From positions 2,162 to 66,161 of the forward strand of contig CALMIL010000025.1 of assembly GCA_937864005.1 (NCBI GenBank): 64,000 bases of DNA, in the 5' to 3' direction. The notes beneath the pieces are model-generated. The model had not been told where the DNA came from, ran no database searches, and saw only the letters and a program-made list of their open reading frames with translations. This DNA comes from an uncultured Burkholderiales bacterium. GTDB lineage: Bacteria; Pseudomonadota; Gammaproteobacteria; Burkholderiales; Burkholderiaceae_C. The position numbers and the translations under genes are program-made. This document shows positions 36,172-45,430 of the stretch, in pieces; the first letter of the stretch is position 1, and the number at the start of each line of letters is the position of its first letter.

Positions 36172-36567
36172 TCAAAGCATCTTGAGCATTGCCACGGCCA
36201 GATCCTGCTGCGCCTTAATTTGCGATAGCCCGTTTGCGTTTGGAGCAGAGTGCTTGAGAACGTAGCCAAATTCACCAATCGCGCTTTCAAGATTGAAGCG
36301 CTTTTCGATCTTGTCCGTCGAAAATCTGGCCCTATTCATGAAATTGAGGCCCCAGCAGTAGTGATTTGGACCTACAAGCCCTGGCAACAGTTGTTCATAG
36401 TATGCCTTCTTGGCTGGGTCGCCTCCCAGGATTCCCTGGCACTCCTCGGGCAGCGCGAGCATCTCCTGGGCTGTCGGCCCGAATGGCAGCTTCGGCTGCG
36501 CCAATGCGACGCTGTAAAATGCCAGATAAACGCAAACCGCAGCAGCAAAAGTTGCAGTTCTGATCAT
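36172..36567 (-). CDS. Small hypothetical secreted protein (in the low-GC islet)
   Basis: Signal peptide MIRTATFAAAVCVYLAFYSVALA/QP. A strong consensus SD (AAGGAGGTGA, complement of 36575-36584) lies upstream of ATG 36567 / GTG 36570. No family recognised. Confidence 0.55.
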   Translation of the reverse strand: MIRTATFAAAVCVYLAFYSVALAQPKLPFGPTAQEMLALPEECQGILGGDPAKKAYYEQLLPGLVGPNHYCWGLNFMNRARFSTDKIEKRFNLESAIGEFGYVLKHSAPNANGLSQIKAQQDLAVAMLKML

Positions 36568-36681
36568 CACATGTCACCTCCTTCATAAGTTTTGATTAGA
36601 GCATGAATTAGTATGCGGGTGGCGAGCAGACGCCGTTGCGTGACAGGCTCTGGTGGAGCGCAATTGCTGTGGATGAGCGTT

Positions 36682-37590
36682 CTACTCGAGCGCCCGATTG
36701 AGGAGGATATCTCTGAGCAGGCCCAACCCGAGCCTGCCCTGACCCACCGGCGAGAGGGTCAGCATGTTCGCCACCTCCCCAATGGCAGCCCAGCGCTGGC
36801 CTTCGCGGTAGCGCCACTTGGCGAAGTCACTATGCACGGCGGCCATGCACTTTCGCCAGTACGCGCCCTGCATTCCCTCAGGCAGCAGATGTCGGTTTTT
36901 ACTCATCACCTGCGCGCTGGCACGCTTCATGACTTCCAGATTGCGGCTCAGGCTCCCCGGGCGCTTAAGAATCACGACCAAGGACTCGTCGATACATTCA
37001 TAACCCGCAACGGCGGCCAACCGCATCCACATGTCGACGTCTTCCAAGGCGCGAAGAGACTCATCGAAGACGCCGACCAAATCGAATAACCGCCGTCGCA
37101 CCATCACTGCCGACGCACTACCGGCCACATCGCCGTTCGCGCCGAAGAGGTGGTGCAGGAGCGGCCCGGTGCATGCCGTGCATGCCCACAGGTTGAGCAG
37201 ATGTCCTTCGGTGTCTTCCACCCTTGCCGCAGCGGAAACGAAACCCACATCCGGTCTCGCACGCAGCAAGGCAACCTGGCGCGAAATCTTGGCGGGCAAC
37301 CACCAGTCATCGGCATCGAGAAACGCGACGAACTCGCCACGCGACTCGCGAATGCCCGAGTTGCGTGCGTTCGACAGTCCGCCGTTGAGTTGGGGGACCA
37401 CGCGAATGGCATTGCCATAAAGAGCCAGGACAGCAGCCGTGTCGTCGGTGCTGCCGTCATCTACCACCAGCAGCTCGAAGTCCCGAAAGTCCTGAGCCAG
37501 GACGCTGTCGATCGCCTTGCGCACACACCACGCCGCGTTGAAAGCGGGAATGACCACGCTGACCGCGGGCGCCTCAATCTTGGGTGTCAT
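36682..37590 (-). CDS. GT2-family glycosyltransferase
   Basis: VSVVIPAFNAAWCVRKAIDSVLAQDFRDFELLVVDDGSTDDT and the DxD motif AFLDADDWW. Confidence 0.85.
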   Translation of the reverse strand: MTPKIEAPAVSVVIPAFNAAWCVRKAIDSVLAQDFRDFELLVVDDGSTDDTAAVLALYGNAIRVVPQLNGGLSNARNSGIRESRGEFVAFLDADDWWLPAKISRQVALLRARPDVGFVSAAARVEDTEGHLLNLWACTACTGPLLHHLFGANGDVAGSASAVMVRRRLFDLVGVFDESLRALEDVDMWMRLAAVAGYECIDESLVVILKRPGSLSRNLEVMKRASAQVMSKNRHLLPEGMQGAYWRKCMAAVHSDFAKWRYREGQRWAAIGEVANMLTLSPVGQGRLGLGLLRDILLNRALE

Positions 37591-38542
37591 AGCCCATCTC
37601 GCGCATCAACGGCGCAATCATTGGCAGGACTCGCTCGACGGCCTGCGGGTTGTGTTCCTTCCACTTCTGCTTCTTGGGCGTGCCGCTCACCACGCTCGTG
37701 GGCTGCAGGTTCGCGCAGCGCGCCTGCAGGTCGGTCGTGAAAGGAACACGCAGTTGTGCAAAGACCGCGCGGAACATTTCCACCGGCCGTTCGAAGATGT
37801 CCTCGTAACGCAAGTGCACCCACTGTGCCGCCGGGATGGCCTTCTTCGCCTCCAAGGCCATCCGGTTGGCGCTGATCCACTGAAAGGCGCAAACCTCCTC
37901 CAGGCTGGCGTGGTTGTACTGGCGCCAGCCCGGCGCGAGGAAGAAGGACCATTCCTTGAACTCGCCGTTGTTGATCGCCACCGGCTCGGGAAAGAGCCCG
38001 AAGAACTGGGACAGCTCGAAGCGGCCATCGCTGCGCCCCACGCGCCAGCCGTCCATCATCGAGCTGATGTTGTCGCGGCCGTCGCGCTGGATGAAGACGA
38101 ACCTGGCCTGCGGAAAGAGCCGGTGCAGGTACGGAATGCGCATCACGTTGATGCAGGTCTTGTCCAGTACCCAACCGGCACCCAGGCGCTGGTAGAAATA
38201 CCGCAGCGCAGCGGTGCGGTGCTCGGGCGCCGCGGCGTCGGCGCCCGCCGCTTCCGAATGCCAGCCATTGTTCAGCGGCCCGTGCAGGCTGTTCCAGAAC
38301 TGCGGAATCTCCCAGCCGAAGCTCAGGAAGGACGAGGAGGCAGCAAGCGTCTCGTAGGTGACGGTGGTCCCCGAGCGCGAGCAGCCAACGACGAAAACCG
38401 GATCGGGCACGCGCGGACGGGTGAGGTCCCACCGCAGGCCACGAACTGCCCAGTTCAGCGCGCGCAGATTCTTCGCTCGAATCTCGCGGTCGAGCAGCTT
38501 GTGCAGGTTGCGCAACTGCGGCATTGGCGAGACTACCGACAC
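37574..38542 (-). CDS. PAPS-dependent sulfotransferase-family protein
   Basis: 5'-phosphosulfate-binding loop VFVVGCSRSGTTVTYE and 3'-phosphate-binding region RFVFIQRDGRDNISS. An alternative ATG at 38524 (MPQLRNL...) would remove the 10-nt overlap with the upstream GT2. Confidence 0.85.
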   Translation of the reverse strand: MSVVSPMPQLRNLHKLLDREIRAKNLRALNWAVRGLRWDLTRPRVPDPVFVVGCSRSGTTVTYETLAASSSFLSFGWEIPQFWNSLHGPLNNGWHSEAAGADAAAPEHRTAALRYFYQRLGAGWVLDKTCINVMRIPYLHRLFPQARFVFIQRDGRDNISSMMDGWRVGRSDGRFELSQFFGLFPEPVAINNGEFKEWSFFLAPGWRQYNHASLEEVCAFQWISANRMALEAKKAIPAAQWVHLRYEDIFERPVEMFRAVFAQLRVPFTTDLQARCANLQPTSVVSGTPKKQKWKEHNPQAVERVLPMIAPLMREMGYDTQD

Positions 38543-39504
38543 GCAGGCTTGGAGCCCGGTTCCTGCAGCACACTTCTGCGCAACTGCCAGTGGCCGGCGA
38601 ATTCACCCAAGGTGGCTGCCGCGCGCACCAGATAGAAGCGCCGACGCGACTTGCCAATGGCCGTGCAAGCCTTGATGCCGTACCCCGCGATCTTGCGATA
38701 CAGATATCGCGGCACACAACTGCCGGCATTGTGCGGTTCGAACCGTACCGTCGAGGCCGTGCGCTTGTAGGCCTTCTTCATCAGGTAGCCCAGCGTCAGA
38801 CGGCTGGCGTCCACGTAGTGGTACTGCACCATGTCGGGCACATAGCGCAGGTGCGCGCCCAGGCGCAGCGCGCGCAGCACCCAGTCCAAATCCTCGGCAC
38901 CGCCCAGGTCGTGGCCGGTGGGCCCCATGTCGGTAGCGAACGGACCAATCTTCGCGGACCACCCGGTACGCACAAACAGGTTGCCACCACCCGGCACGGC
39001 CACGTCCGGCGTCAACTCGCGGGCAATGCTGCCCTGGTCGAAGCGCGGAACCGGAAGTGGGTAAATGCGGTAGGGCCCGGTGTCATGCACCCAGGCAGGC
39101 TCGCTGCCGTCCCAGTCAGGCAGGATGCGGCCGCAAAACAGGTCGGCCTCGGGGTAGGACGCGGCAGCGCGGCACACGGCTTGGATATAGTCGGCGTCCA
39201 CGCGATGGTCGTCGTCGACGAAGGCCACGATGTCACTGTCAACGCGCGGCAACGCGGTATTCAGCGCGTTCGACTTCCCTGGCGCCGGCTCGGCGAGCCA
39301 GGCCAGCGGCAGATCGCCCCGCATGGCGAAATGATCCCGATACTCGTCCAGCAACGCATGGGTGTTGTCGCCGCAGGCATTGGCCGCGACCAGGATGTCC
39401 ACCTCCCAGTCCGGCGGGCGCGTGGCCGCGTTCAGCGAGGCCAGGGCCTTCGCGAGCAGGTCGCCGCGGTTGTGAGTGCAAATCAGGACGGTGAGCCGCG
39501 GCAT
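38533..39504 (-). CDS. GT2-family glycosyltransferase
   Basis: MPRLTVLICTHNRGDLLAKALASL and DIVAFVDDDHRV (DxD). Confidence 0.8.
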   Translation of the reverse strand: MPRLTVLICTHNRGDLLAKALASLNAATRPPDWEVDILVAANACGDNTHALLDEYRDHFAMRGDLPLAWLAEPAPGKSNALNTALPRVDSDIVAFVDDDHRVDADYIQAVCRAAASYPEADLFCGRILPDWDGSEPAWVHDTGPYRIYPLPVPRFDQGSIARELTPDVAVPGGGNLFVRTGWSAKIGPFATDMGPTGHDLGGAEDLDWVLRALRLGAHLRYVPDMVQYHYVDASRLTLGYLMKKAYKRTASTVRFEPHNAGSCVPRYLYRKIAGYGIKACTAIGKSRRRFYLVRAAATLGEFAGHWQLRRSVLQEPGSKPACR

Positions 39505-39505
39505 G

Positions 39506-40429
39506 TCACTCCGCCCCGGGCACTGGCCCGAAGGCCCACCCGCGAATCTGCCCCAAAAAATATGAAACGTTCATCTCCTTGCGCACGGTGGCGTCGCGCC
39601 CTTCCTGCCTGCGCTGGGCTCGCACCGCCGCCATGGCGCGCAGAAGCTGGCCGAACAGATAGCGCGGAGGAATCCGCGACCCGGTACCCCGCTTGCGTAT
39701 GGCCTCCATGCGCCCCATCCGATAGTGCAGGTCGAAGAAGTAGCTGCGCTCCAGCTTGGATGTCTGAATGCGGTGGTGGATCACCGCCTCGGGTGTCCAC
39801 CAGACCTTGAAGCCTGCGTCGAGCAGGCGGCGGTAGAAGTCGACCTCCTCCCCGCCAGTGTTGTCGGCGCCTTTGCGGCCAAGCATCGAGTCGAAACCGC
39901 CGACGCGTTCGCACACCAGCCGCCGGAAGCCGAAGTTGCCGCCGTAGAACGGCGTGTCGGGGCCCGTCAGCGGCGCGATGTGGTCATACCGGTTCAGCTC
40001 GCCGAGGAAGCCAAGCAGTTCATCACGCAGCCAGGGCGGCCGGGCATCTTCGAACAGCACGATCTGCCTGCCGCCGAAGGCGTCAGGGTCATGAACGTCA
40101 ATCAGGCGTTCGTAGGCGCACAGCCAATCGGGGTCGGCCGTTTCGTCGTCGTCCAAGAAGATCACGTAGTCGCCTCGCGCGTCGGCAATCGCGCGGTTTC
40201 GGGCATTGGACAGGCCCAGCCTTTCCTCGCGGACCACCCGCACCTGCCAGCCGGACGGCCAGGCGTGGCGGGCCAGCAGTTCCGGCGTGCCGTCGCGGCA
40301 GCCGTTGTCGACGATCAGGAACTCCCAGGGCTGTCGCGGTGGATTCAACCGCGCCAAGTCCACCAATGTGCGCGCCAGGCGGTCGGCGTGGTTGTGCGTG
40401 CAAAGCGCGACGGTGTAGCTGACGCTCAT
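39506..40429 (-). CDS. GT2-family glycosyltransferase
   Basis: YTVALCTHNHADRLARTLVDL and DYVIFLDDDETA (DxD). Its stop lies 1 nt from the next start. Confidence 0.8.
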   Translation of the reverse strand: MSVSYTVALCTHNHADRLARTLVDLARLNPPRQPWEFLIVDNGCRDGTPELLARHAWPSGWQVRVVREERLGLSNARNRAIADARGDYVIFLDDDETADPDWLCAYERLIDVHDPDAFGGRQIVLFEDARPPWLRDELLGFLGELNRYDHIAPLTGPDTPFYGGNFGFRRLVCERVGGFDSMLGRKGADNTGGEEVDFYRRLLDAGFKVWWTPEAVIHHRIQTSKLERSYFFDLHYRMGRMEAIRKRGTGSRIPPRYLFGQLLRAMAAVRAQRRQEGRDATVRKEMNVSYFLGQIRGWAFGPVPGAE

Positions 40430-41280
40430 GCGTGCGCACCGGCCAGGCGGGTCTTCAAGCGACCTGCGTAGTAAGCCGCGGCATGCGCGAGGCTGCCATC
40501 GTTGCTGCCCAGGTGGGTCTTGCGCAGCAGCATCGCCGGCGTGTCGGTGCCGTAGACGTCGATACGACGAATGCGCAGAGGGTTCACGTCACGGCGGTTG
40601 AAGCCCGACTGCGTGGAGAACGCCGCGCGGTAGCCGGCAGCATGCGTTGCCGCCTCGACGCGTTCGTCCAGATGCCCGAACGGGTATGCAAGGTACGGCA
40701 CGTCGTGCCCCAGCAGTTGCGACAACTGCGCCCGCGAGCCGGCCAGTTGATCGGCCAATGCCGCATCGTCCAGCGCCGGCAGGCTGGCATGACTGCGGGT
40801 ATGGGAATGGAAGCTCACGCCGCGCCGCTGCATGTCCAGAATCTCGTCGGCATCGAGTAGCGGATAGGTCACGCCGGCGGGGTTCTGGGCTCGCGTCCAG
40901 GCGTCATCCTGGCCGATGAGGTCGCTGACCAGGAACACCGTGAACGGCCAGCCCAGTTGTTCGAGCACCGGCAGCGCGTGGTCGCGCACACCGCGGAACC
41001 CGTCGTCGAAGGTGATCAGGAAAGCGCCCGCGGGCAGCGCCGAGCCCCCTTCGAGCCACGCCACGAGGGCATCGATCGGGAATGCCCTGAAGCCCTTGCG
41101 CTGCAGCGCCTGCATGTGTGCGGCAAACGCTTTGGGCGAGATCGCGTATCGGGCCTCCCACTTGTTGCGGGCCTCGCCTACGCGGTGATACATCAGCACG
41201 GGCACCCGCGCGGCAGCGTTGTTCTGCGTGCCGTCGCGGTGCGCGGGGAGGAGCGCGGTTTGGGGCATGGGGCGGCTCAA
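40426..41280 (-). CDS. Polysaccharide deacetylase (NodB-homology domain)
   Basis: VPVLMYHRVG, FLITFDDGFRGV, SFHSHTRSH. Confidence 0.85.
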   Translation of the reverse strand: MSRPMPQTALLPAHRDGTQNNAAARVPVLMYHRVGEARNKWEARYAISPKAFAAHMQALQRKGFRAFPIDALVAWLEGGSALPAGAFLITFDDGFRGVRDHALPVLEQLGWPFTVFLVSDLIGQDDAWTRAQNPAGVTYPLLDADEILDMQRRGVSFHSHTRSHASLPALDDAALADQLAGSRAQLSQLLGHDVPYLAYPFGHLDERVEAATHAAGYRAAFSTQSGFNRRDVNPLRIRRIDVYGTDTPAMLLRKTHLGSNDGSLAHAAAYYAGRLKTRLAGAHA

Positions 41281-42251
41281 ATCGCCTGCAGATGCGGGCG
41301 CAGTCGTTCATCGAGGATGTCCAAGGCACGCGCATCGACGCGGCTGTCCAGCTTCAGGGCAAACGGCGCCGTACTCTGCACAACCTCCGGAATCTCGTCG
41401 GCGGTGATGACTGCACAGCTTGCGGCGTGCTGTACGTTGCGGGGCCATCGGATGAAACGCTGCACGTCGTTGGCGATGCTCAGGTGCGCGGCGCTGGCGA
41501 GGACTGAGGAGAAGAAGGTTTCGTCGGGGACAAGACTGCTTCGCATATAGGCCGTCCAACCCGGGTTCTCGTCGACGAAGCGGAGCAGGAAACGTAGGGC
41601 TCTTGTGTCGAGATTCACGAACTGACGCCCGCCCTGCAGCCTGAATCGATCGCCATACGGGAGCCATAGGCGACGGACTCCCAATTTCGTTGGTAGCCCG
41701 CGAGGATGCGCAATGATGCGAATCAGCGGTTGATGCGCATTCACCCAAACCCGGCAGCGCTGCAGGCCATGACGCAGCGAGGCAGGCACGCGGTGCCAGT
41801 ATCTGAACTTCGGCAACCTGAAGTAGCGGAAGTGGAAGCGGGTTTCGGCGGTGCCTGGGGGCCAGTGGTCGGGGTCGTACGCGTCGAAGTGGTAGACAAA
41901 ACCGTCGTTGCCGCTGGTGGACAGCATCGTCTCGAAGCCGCTCAACGGATGGATCGGGTAGGTCAAACCGGTCAGCGTGACCACCCAGTCGAATTCCAGA
42001 TGGTGAATGCTCCAACGGAAGGCATGCAGGTACTGCTCCACTAGCGAGAAGCCACCCCACTCGCCTCGGATCGGTTCGGGTACCAGGTGCACACGCCAGT
42101 CGTCACGCAACAGGTTCTTGTCGAACCGGGCAAGCTGGGGGTCGTGGTGGATCGCGATCTCGGCACCCGGGCTGAGCCGACGGATGATCGCCGCCAGGCG
42201 CGCCACCTGCGGTTGGTGGTCGTGCGAAAAGATGAGATACAGAACCTTCAT
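41277..42251 (-). CDS. GT14 (core-2/I-branching enzyme)-like glycosyltransferase
   Basis: MKVLYLIFSHDHQPQVARLAAIIRRL...IAIHHD and IRGEWGGFSLVEQYLHAFRWSI...DWVVTLTGLTYPI match the Branch-family pattern as I recall it. Confidence 0.65.
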   Translation of the reverse strand: MKVLYLIFSHDHQPQVARLAAIIRRLSPGAEIAIHHDPQLARFDKNLLRDDWRVHLVPEPIRGEWGGFSLVEQYLHAFRWSIHHLEFDWVVTLTGLTYPIHPLSGFETMLSTSGNDGFVYHFDAYDPDHWPPGTAETRFHFRYFRLPKFRYWHRVPASLRHGLQRCRVWVNAHQPLIRIIAHPRGLPTKLGVRRLWLPYGDRFRLQGGRQFVNLDTRALRFLLRFVDENPGWTAYMRSSLVPDETFFSSVLASAAHLSIANDVQRFIRWPRNVQHAASCAVITADEIPEVVQSTAPFALKLDSRVDARALDILDERLRPHLQAI

Positions 42252-43240
42252 CAGTGGGGCGTATCGGTCACGCTCGACTCGTTGCTGTCGCGCAGCGCGA
42301 TCAACCGGGCGTACAAGGAACTGGGCAGGCAGGCGGATGCCACATGCGGGATATCACGCCACTTGAAGCTGCGAGCGCGCGCGACATGCCGGAAAAGATG
42401 CTGCGACGACGTGAGATCGCGCTTCCAGACGGCGCGGTAGGCCTGGCGCAGCACCTGACCCTCGGTCAGATCCTGCAGCCGCTCGCGCGACAGGTGGGCG
42501 ACGAGGTCGGGATGGTCGCGGATGAACCCGCGCTGGGCATCGAGCGCGTCAAGCACCTGGCGCCACCTGACCGCCGAGACCTGCCCTTCCCCGTGCCAGC
42601 GGTAGTAGGCGAGTACCTCGGGCACACGCACCATGCGGCGCGTGACGGCCAGCGCACGCAGCCAGAAGTCGTAGTCCATCGACGCGAAGCAGCGCTCGGA
42701 AAAGCCACCCAGGCGATCGACCACGCTGCGCCGCACGAGCGCGGCATGGATCGGCCACGGGCAACTGCGCAGAAAGTGCGCAACCGGGTCATCTGCTTCG
42801 TAGGCGGGCGGCACATAGGGCGCCGAGCGGATGCCCTGGCCGACGTTCTGCCAGCCACAGTAGGCGATGTCGGCCTGCGCTGCGGCAATGGCGGCGTACA
42901 ACTCTTGAAGCGCAGTCGCGTCCCACCAGTCATCAGCATCCAGAAATGCAACCAACTCACCGCGTACCAGGCGCAGCGCCTGATTGCGCGCAGGGTATGG
43001 GCCGATCCGGTTGCAGTGCGCGAGTACCAGGCGGCCCGGGTGATCCGCAGACAACCGGGCGGCAACATCCGCCGAGCCGTCCGTGGATCCGTCATCCACG
43101 AGCACGACCTCGACATTGCCGTAGGTCTGGTTGAGAGCAGAGCCGACCGCGTCTGCCAGATAGGGCGCCGCGTTGTAGCAGGGCATGACCACCGAGACGA
43201 GCGGCCGGTTGTCGTGCGCTGCATCCAACCCTGGGTTCAC
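42251..43240 (-). CDS. GT2-family glycosyltransferase
   Basis: LVSVVMPCYNAAPYLADAVGSALNQTYGNVEVVLVDDGSTDGS and AFLDADDWW. I chose the GTG at 43240 because it overlaps the upstream stop (GTGA). The track ORF extends 27 codons further into the upstream gene. Confidence 0.85.
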   Translation of the reverse strand: MNPGLDAAHDNRPLVSVVMPCYNAAPYLADAVGSALNQTYGNVEVVLVDDGSTDGSADVAARLSADHPGRLVLAHCNRIGPYPARNQALRLVRGELVAFLDADDWWDATALQELYAAIAAAQADIAYCGWQNVGQGIRSAPYVPPAYEADDPVAHFLRSCPWPIHAALVRRSVVDRLGGFSERCFASMDYDFWLRALAVTRRMVRVPEVLAYYRWHGEGQVSAVRWRQVLDALDAQRGFIRDHPDLVAHLSRERLQDLTEGQVLRQAYRAVWKRDLTSSQHLFRHVARARSFKWRDIPHVASACLPSSLYARLIALRDSNESSVTDTPH

Positions 43241-44313
43241 GGCTGCAACTCCTCGCGGATCACCTCCAGCCACGCCCTGCCCCACTTCTGGTCTGGCTCG
43301 ACGTGGTTGCCTTCCGCCCATTCGTTCCAGGCCTTGAGAAAGACGATCCGATCTTCCACCGGGTGATCGGCGACGCGGGCAATCGCCGCGCTCAACAGGC
43401 CGCGGAACTTCTCGGGCGTGGCGTCATGAAAGACCAAACCGCGCATGCCGCTGCGCGGTGTGTTGTCCCAGTTGGGCAACACAAGAGGATAGTCACGCCA
43501 TTGCGGCCGGTTCGAACGAAGGAGGATGGGCAGTATTTCCTCATAGTCCCAGATGGTCAGTTCGTGCTTGTTGCCCTGCAGGGCCAGCTTCAACTTGGTC
43601 GACAGATACCGTCGAGGAATTCGTCCATCGCGCTTCGGCAGCGCCTGCATGGTGGAGGCGTCCAGACCACGAACCCGGGGATCCCACGTCTCGTTGCGGT
43701 CGCAGACACCGATGAGGTGCAGACCAGGCAACCCGGCCTTCAGGGCGCGCTCGCGCCAGAAGTCGGTGACCTTGCGCACGTCAGGTATGTGGTCCGGCTT
43801 GTAGATGACGAAGATCGGCTTGTCGTCCACCTTCATGTAACGCCTGTCCGTGAAGGCTTGCAGCAGCCAGTCGAAGTGGGCAGCATGATCGTCCCAGCCT
43901 GGATAGACCTGCTCGATCAGCATGTTGTTGGTGCCTTGCCATACGGTATTCCAGCTGTGATTGGCCCAGCACAGGCAGAACGGAAAATCGGGCTCCGACG
44001 AGAGCAGTATCTCGTCGACCGGCCGCTCCAGAATGCGCCGGCCGCCGAACCAGTAGTGGTAATAGCAGAATCCACCAATGCCGTATTCCTGCGCCAGTTC
44101 CGCCTGGGCTTTGCGCGCCTCGGGCAGACGCAGGTCGTAAAAGCCCAGGTCAGCCGGTACATGGGGCTGGTAGTGCCCCGGAAATAGCGGTTTGGCCTTG
44201 GCGACGTTCGTCCATTCGGTGAAGCCCTTGCCCCACCACACATCGTTTTCAAGGGTAGGGTGGAACTGCGGCAGATGGAAAGCGATCAGGCGTGCACGTT
44301 GGGTCATGGTCAA
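43237..44313 (-). CDS. WbsX-like glycosyltransferase / GH99-like domain protein
   Basis: ARLIAFHLPQFHPTLENDVWWGKGFTEWTNVAKAKPLFPGHYQPHVPADLGFYDLRLPE is the characteristic N-terminal signature of this family. Confidence 0.75.
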   Translation of the reverse strand: MTMTQRARLIAFHLPQFHPTLENDVWWGKGFTEWTNVAKAKPLFPGHYQPHVPADLGFYDLRLPEARKAQAELAQEYGIGGFCYYHYWFGGRRILERPVDEILLSSEPDFPFCLCWANHSWNTVWQGTNNMLIEQVYPGWDDHAAHFDWLLQAFTDRRYMKVDDKPIFVIYKPDHIPDVRKVTDFWRERALKAGLPGLHLIGVCDRNETWDPRVRGLDASTMQALPKRDGRIPRRYLSTKLKLALQGNKHELTIWDYEEILPILLRSNRPQWRDYPLVLPNWDNTPRSGMRGLVFHDATPEKFRGLLSAAIARVADHPVEDRIVFLKAWNEWAEGNHVEPDQKWGRAWLEVIREELQP

Positions 44314-44329
44314 GAAATGCCGGTCGTGA

Positions 44330-45430
44330 TCAGCGAGCGAGCAAGCGGTTCAAATGCCAGCGGGCCGGTAGTTCGATCCGGCGATAGGTGAAGTATGAAA
44401 GTGCGAAGGTCAGCGCTACCAACAAGAACACCTTGAGCGCATAGACCTTGATGGGACTGTAGGAGCCCGCCAAGCCGGAGAACACGTATCCACCATACAT
44501 CCAGTAGAGCCTGTAGAAAATCCAGTGAGTCATGTAGAGCGAGTACGAGAGCGTGCCCAACAACAGCAAAGGCGGTGACATCAGGACGCGCGCCACGGGT
44601 CCTCGGTCATCGGCCGTCGACAGAATCAATAGTGCCAAGGCGAAAAGTATTACCGCCTGACTCCAGCCGAGGTGCAGCGCTGCAATCGCGACGGCCATCG
44701 CGGCGACCTGCAGCAAGGTAGCAACCGATGCCACCCGCGCGCGTCGCTGGCGCCAAAGGCGATGCAGCAGCATGCCTGCGATGAAGCCCGCCATGCATCG
44801 GGCGAGAGGCTGCTGGTCGCCAATGTCGCTGAAGTTCGCAAACGTGTGCACGTAAATCGTCATGGCCGCGATGGGCAGTAGCGCACGCACTGCCCATCTG
44901 CCGTGGTCAGAGAGCAGCAGCAACAGCGGAAAGGCAAGGTATGCGAACGCTTCCGTGCTGATTGACCAGGACGGCACGTTCCATTCGAGGCGATCCATCG
45001 TCAACCAGGCATGGGTCAGCGTCAGATGCTGAAGAATCGATCCCCAACTCTTGCGATCGCTGGCAAAGGCGTCGGCGATCTCGGGGCGCAGCACATAGGC
45101 CGAAAGTTCCACCGCGATCATTGCCAGCAGGGTGGCAAAGTGCAGCGGGTAGATTCGCGCGAAGCGCGCGAGATAGAAGCGCCGCGTGGCATGCACCTTC
45201 ACCCCCTTGGCCGACATGGCTGCGCCATACACATGCGACAGGATGAAACCACTGAGTATGAAGAAAAAGTCCACCCAGATGCGCCCGTCGGAGAAGAACA
45301 CCGTGTGCGAATCGATCGCTTGGCCCACCGACGGCGTGACGTCCCGAAAGTGGTACAGCAGTACCAAGACTGCCGCGACACCGCGCAGGGCATGGTGCGA
45401 CCTGATCACGTCGGCACCGGGCGAATTCAT
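44330..45430 (-). CDS. Acyltransferase family 3 membrane protein (probable O-acetyltransferase)
   Basis: LRGVAAVLVLLYHF, IWVDFFFILSGFILSHVY and about 10 TM helices. Confidence 0.85.
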   Translation of the reverse strand: MNSPGADVIRSHHALRGVAAVLVLLYHFRDVTPSVGQAIDSHTVFFSDGRIWVDFFFILSGFILSHVYGAAMSAKGVKVHATRRFYLARFARIYPLHFATLLAMIAVELSAYVLRPEIADAFASDRKSWGSILQHLTLTHAWLTMDRLEWNVPSWSISTEAFAYLAFPLLLLLSDHGRWAVRALLPIAAMTIYVHTFANFSDIGDQQPLARCMAGFIAGMLLHRLWRQRRARVASVATLLQVAAMAVAIAALHLGWSQAVILFALALLILSTADDRGPVARVLMSPPLLLLGTLSYSLYMTHWIFYRLYWMYGGYVFSGLAGSYSPIKVYALKVFLLVALTFALSYFTYRRIELPARWHLNRLLAR

